The position numbers were made by a program, and so were the translations under genes. A DNA stretch of 64,000 nucleotides from Octopus sinensis (lineage: Eukaryota), in the NCBI RefSeq assembly GCF_006345805.1, contig NC_043019.1:22009360-22073359 (forward strand), in the 5' to 3' direction. Positions within the stretch are counted from its first letter, which is position 1, and each line of letters begins with the position of its first letter. The notes under the pieces are model-generated. The model had not been told where the DNA came from. It was given only the letters and a program-made list of their open reading frames with translations, and made no database searches. This document shows positions 63,482-64,000 of the stretch, one piece after another.

Positions 63482-64000
63482 TAAAATTCGTAATTGGAAA
63501 AAGAAAATTAAACAAAAGTAAAATAATCATTTAAAATTATAAAAATTAATTAGAAAAGTAACGAAACCCCCCAAACTCGAGAAAACAAATCATTAACAAA
63601 ATGTCTACTTATATAAAGGGTCGTATCAAAAGATTAATTTGAATTTAGGGCCGTAAAAATGAAGAGACGTGAATAAACTTTCAATAAAAAAATAGTGGGC
63701 GTAAGTTGAGACCTTCTCGACTACAAATGGAATAATTTCTACCCCGTTGCTTAGTCCTGCTAAGGATAGCGGTTAAATCTTCCTCAAACATCATGTCCTA
63801 CCTTAAGCAAGGTGGGGGGAAAAAACTGGGGAACACTAATAATGTAATCCTAAATATACCAAAAATATATGAAAATAAATGATATGGTCACGCCAGGAAC
63901 GGCTTGGGTAACAAGCTAGTGTGTTGTTTTAATCAGGACTGACTTGTCGTGGGGTGTAAGTGAGAAGTATCAACCGAACAACTTACCTGTTGCATGAAGG

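Overview
AT-rich, repeat-saturated eukaryotic DNA, most likely from a coleoid cephalopod (Octopus). This is inferred from the repeat landscape (tRNA-derived SINEs, RTE/CR1 LINE pieces, a cecropia-type mariner, very abundant (TA)n/(CA)n), not from a database match. No complete gene, rRNA, tRNA gene or CRISPR array is present. Almost all ORFs in the supplied track are microsatellite or AT-rich artefacts; the real exceptions are an RTE ORF2 piece (48442-48711), a CR1-type ORF2 piece (52851-53462) and the frame through the best candidate exon. The window reads like the CpG-depleted interior of a large, unidentified + strand gene. It has one good 144-nt exon (28306-28449, present as a tandem pair) and several weaker candidates. 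Standout observations: (1) a 407-bp near-perfect foldback with a hammerhead-ribozyme core at its centre, plus three further Penelope-type hammerhead remnants; (2) a strong branch point/polypyrimidine/AG|GTAAGG site resembling a recursive splice site; (3) a 29-bp minisatellite with 12 perfectly phased AP-1 sites; (4) a 170-bp higher-order repeat inside an RTE 3' UTR; (5) a sharp rise in CpG after about 61 kb. All coordinates and counts were read by hand. Only representative copies of the roughly 60 SINE/LINE-tail fragments are listed.
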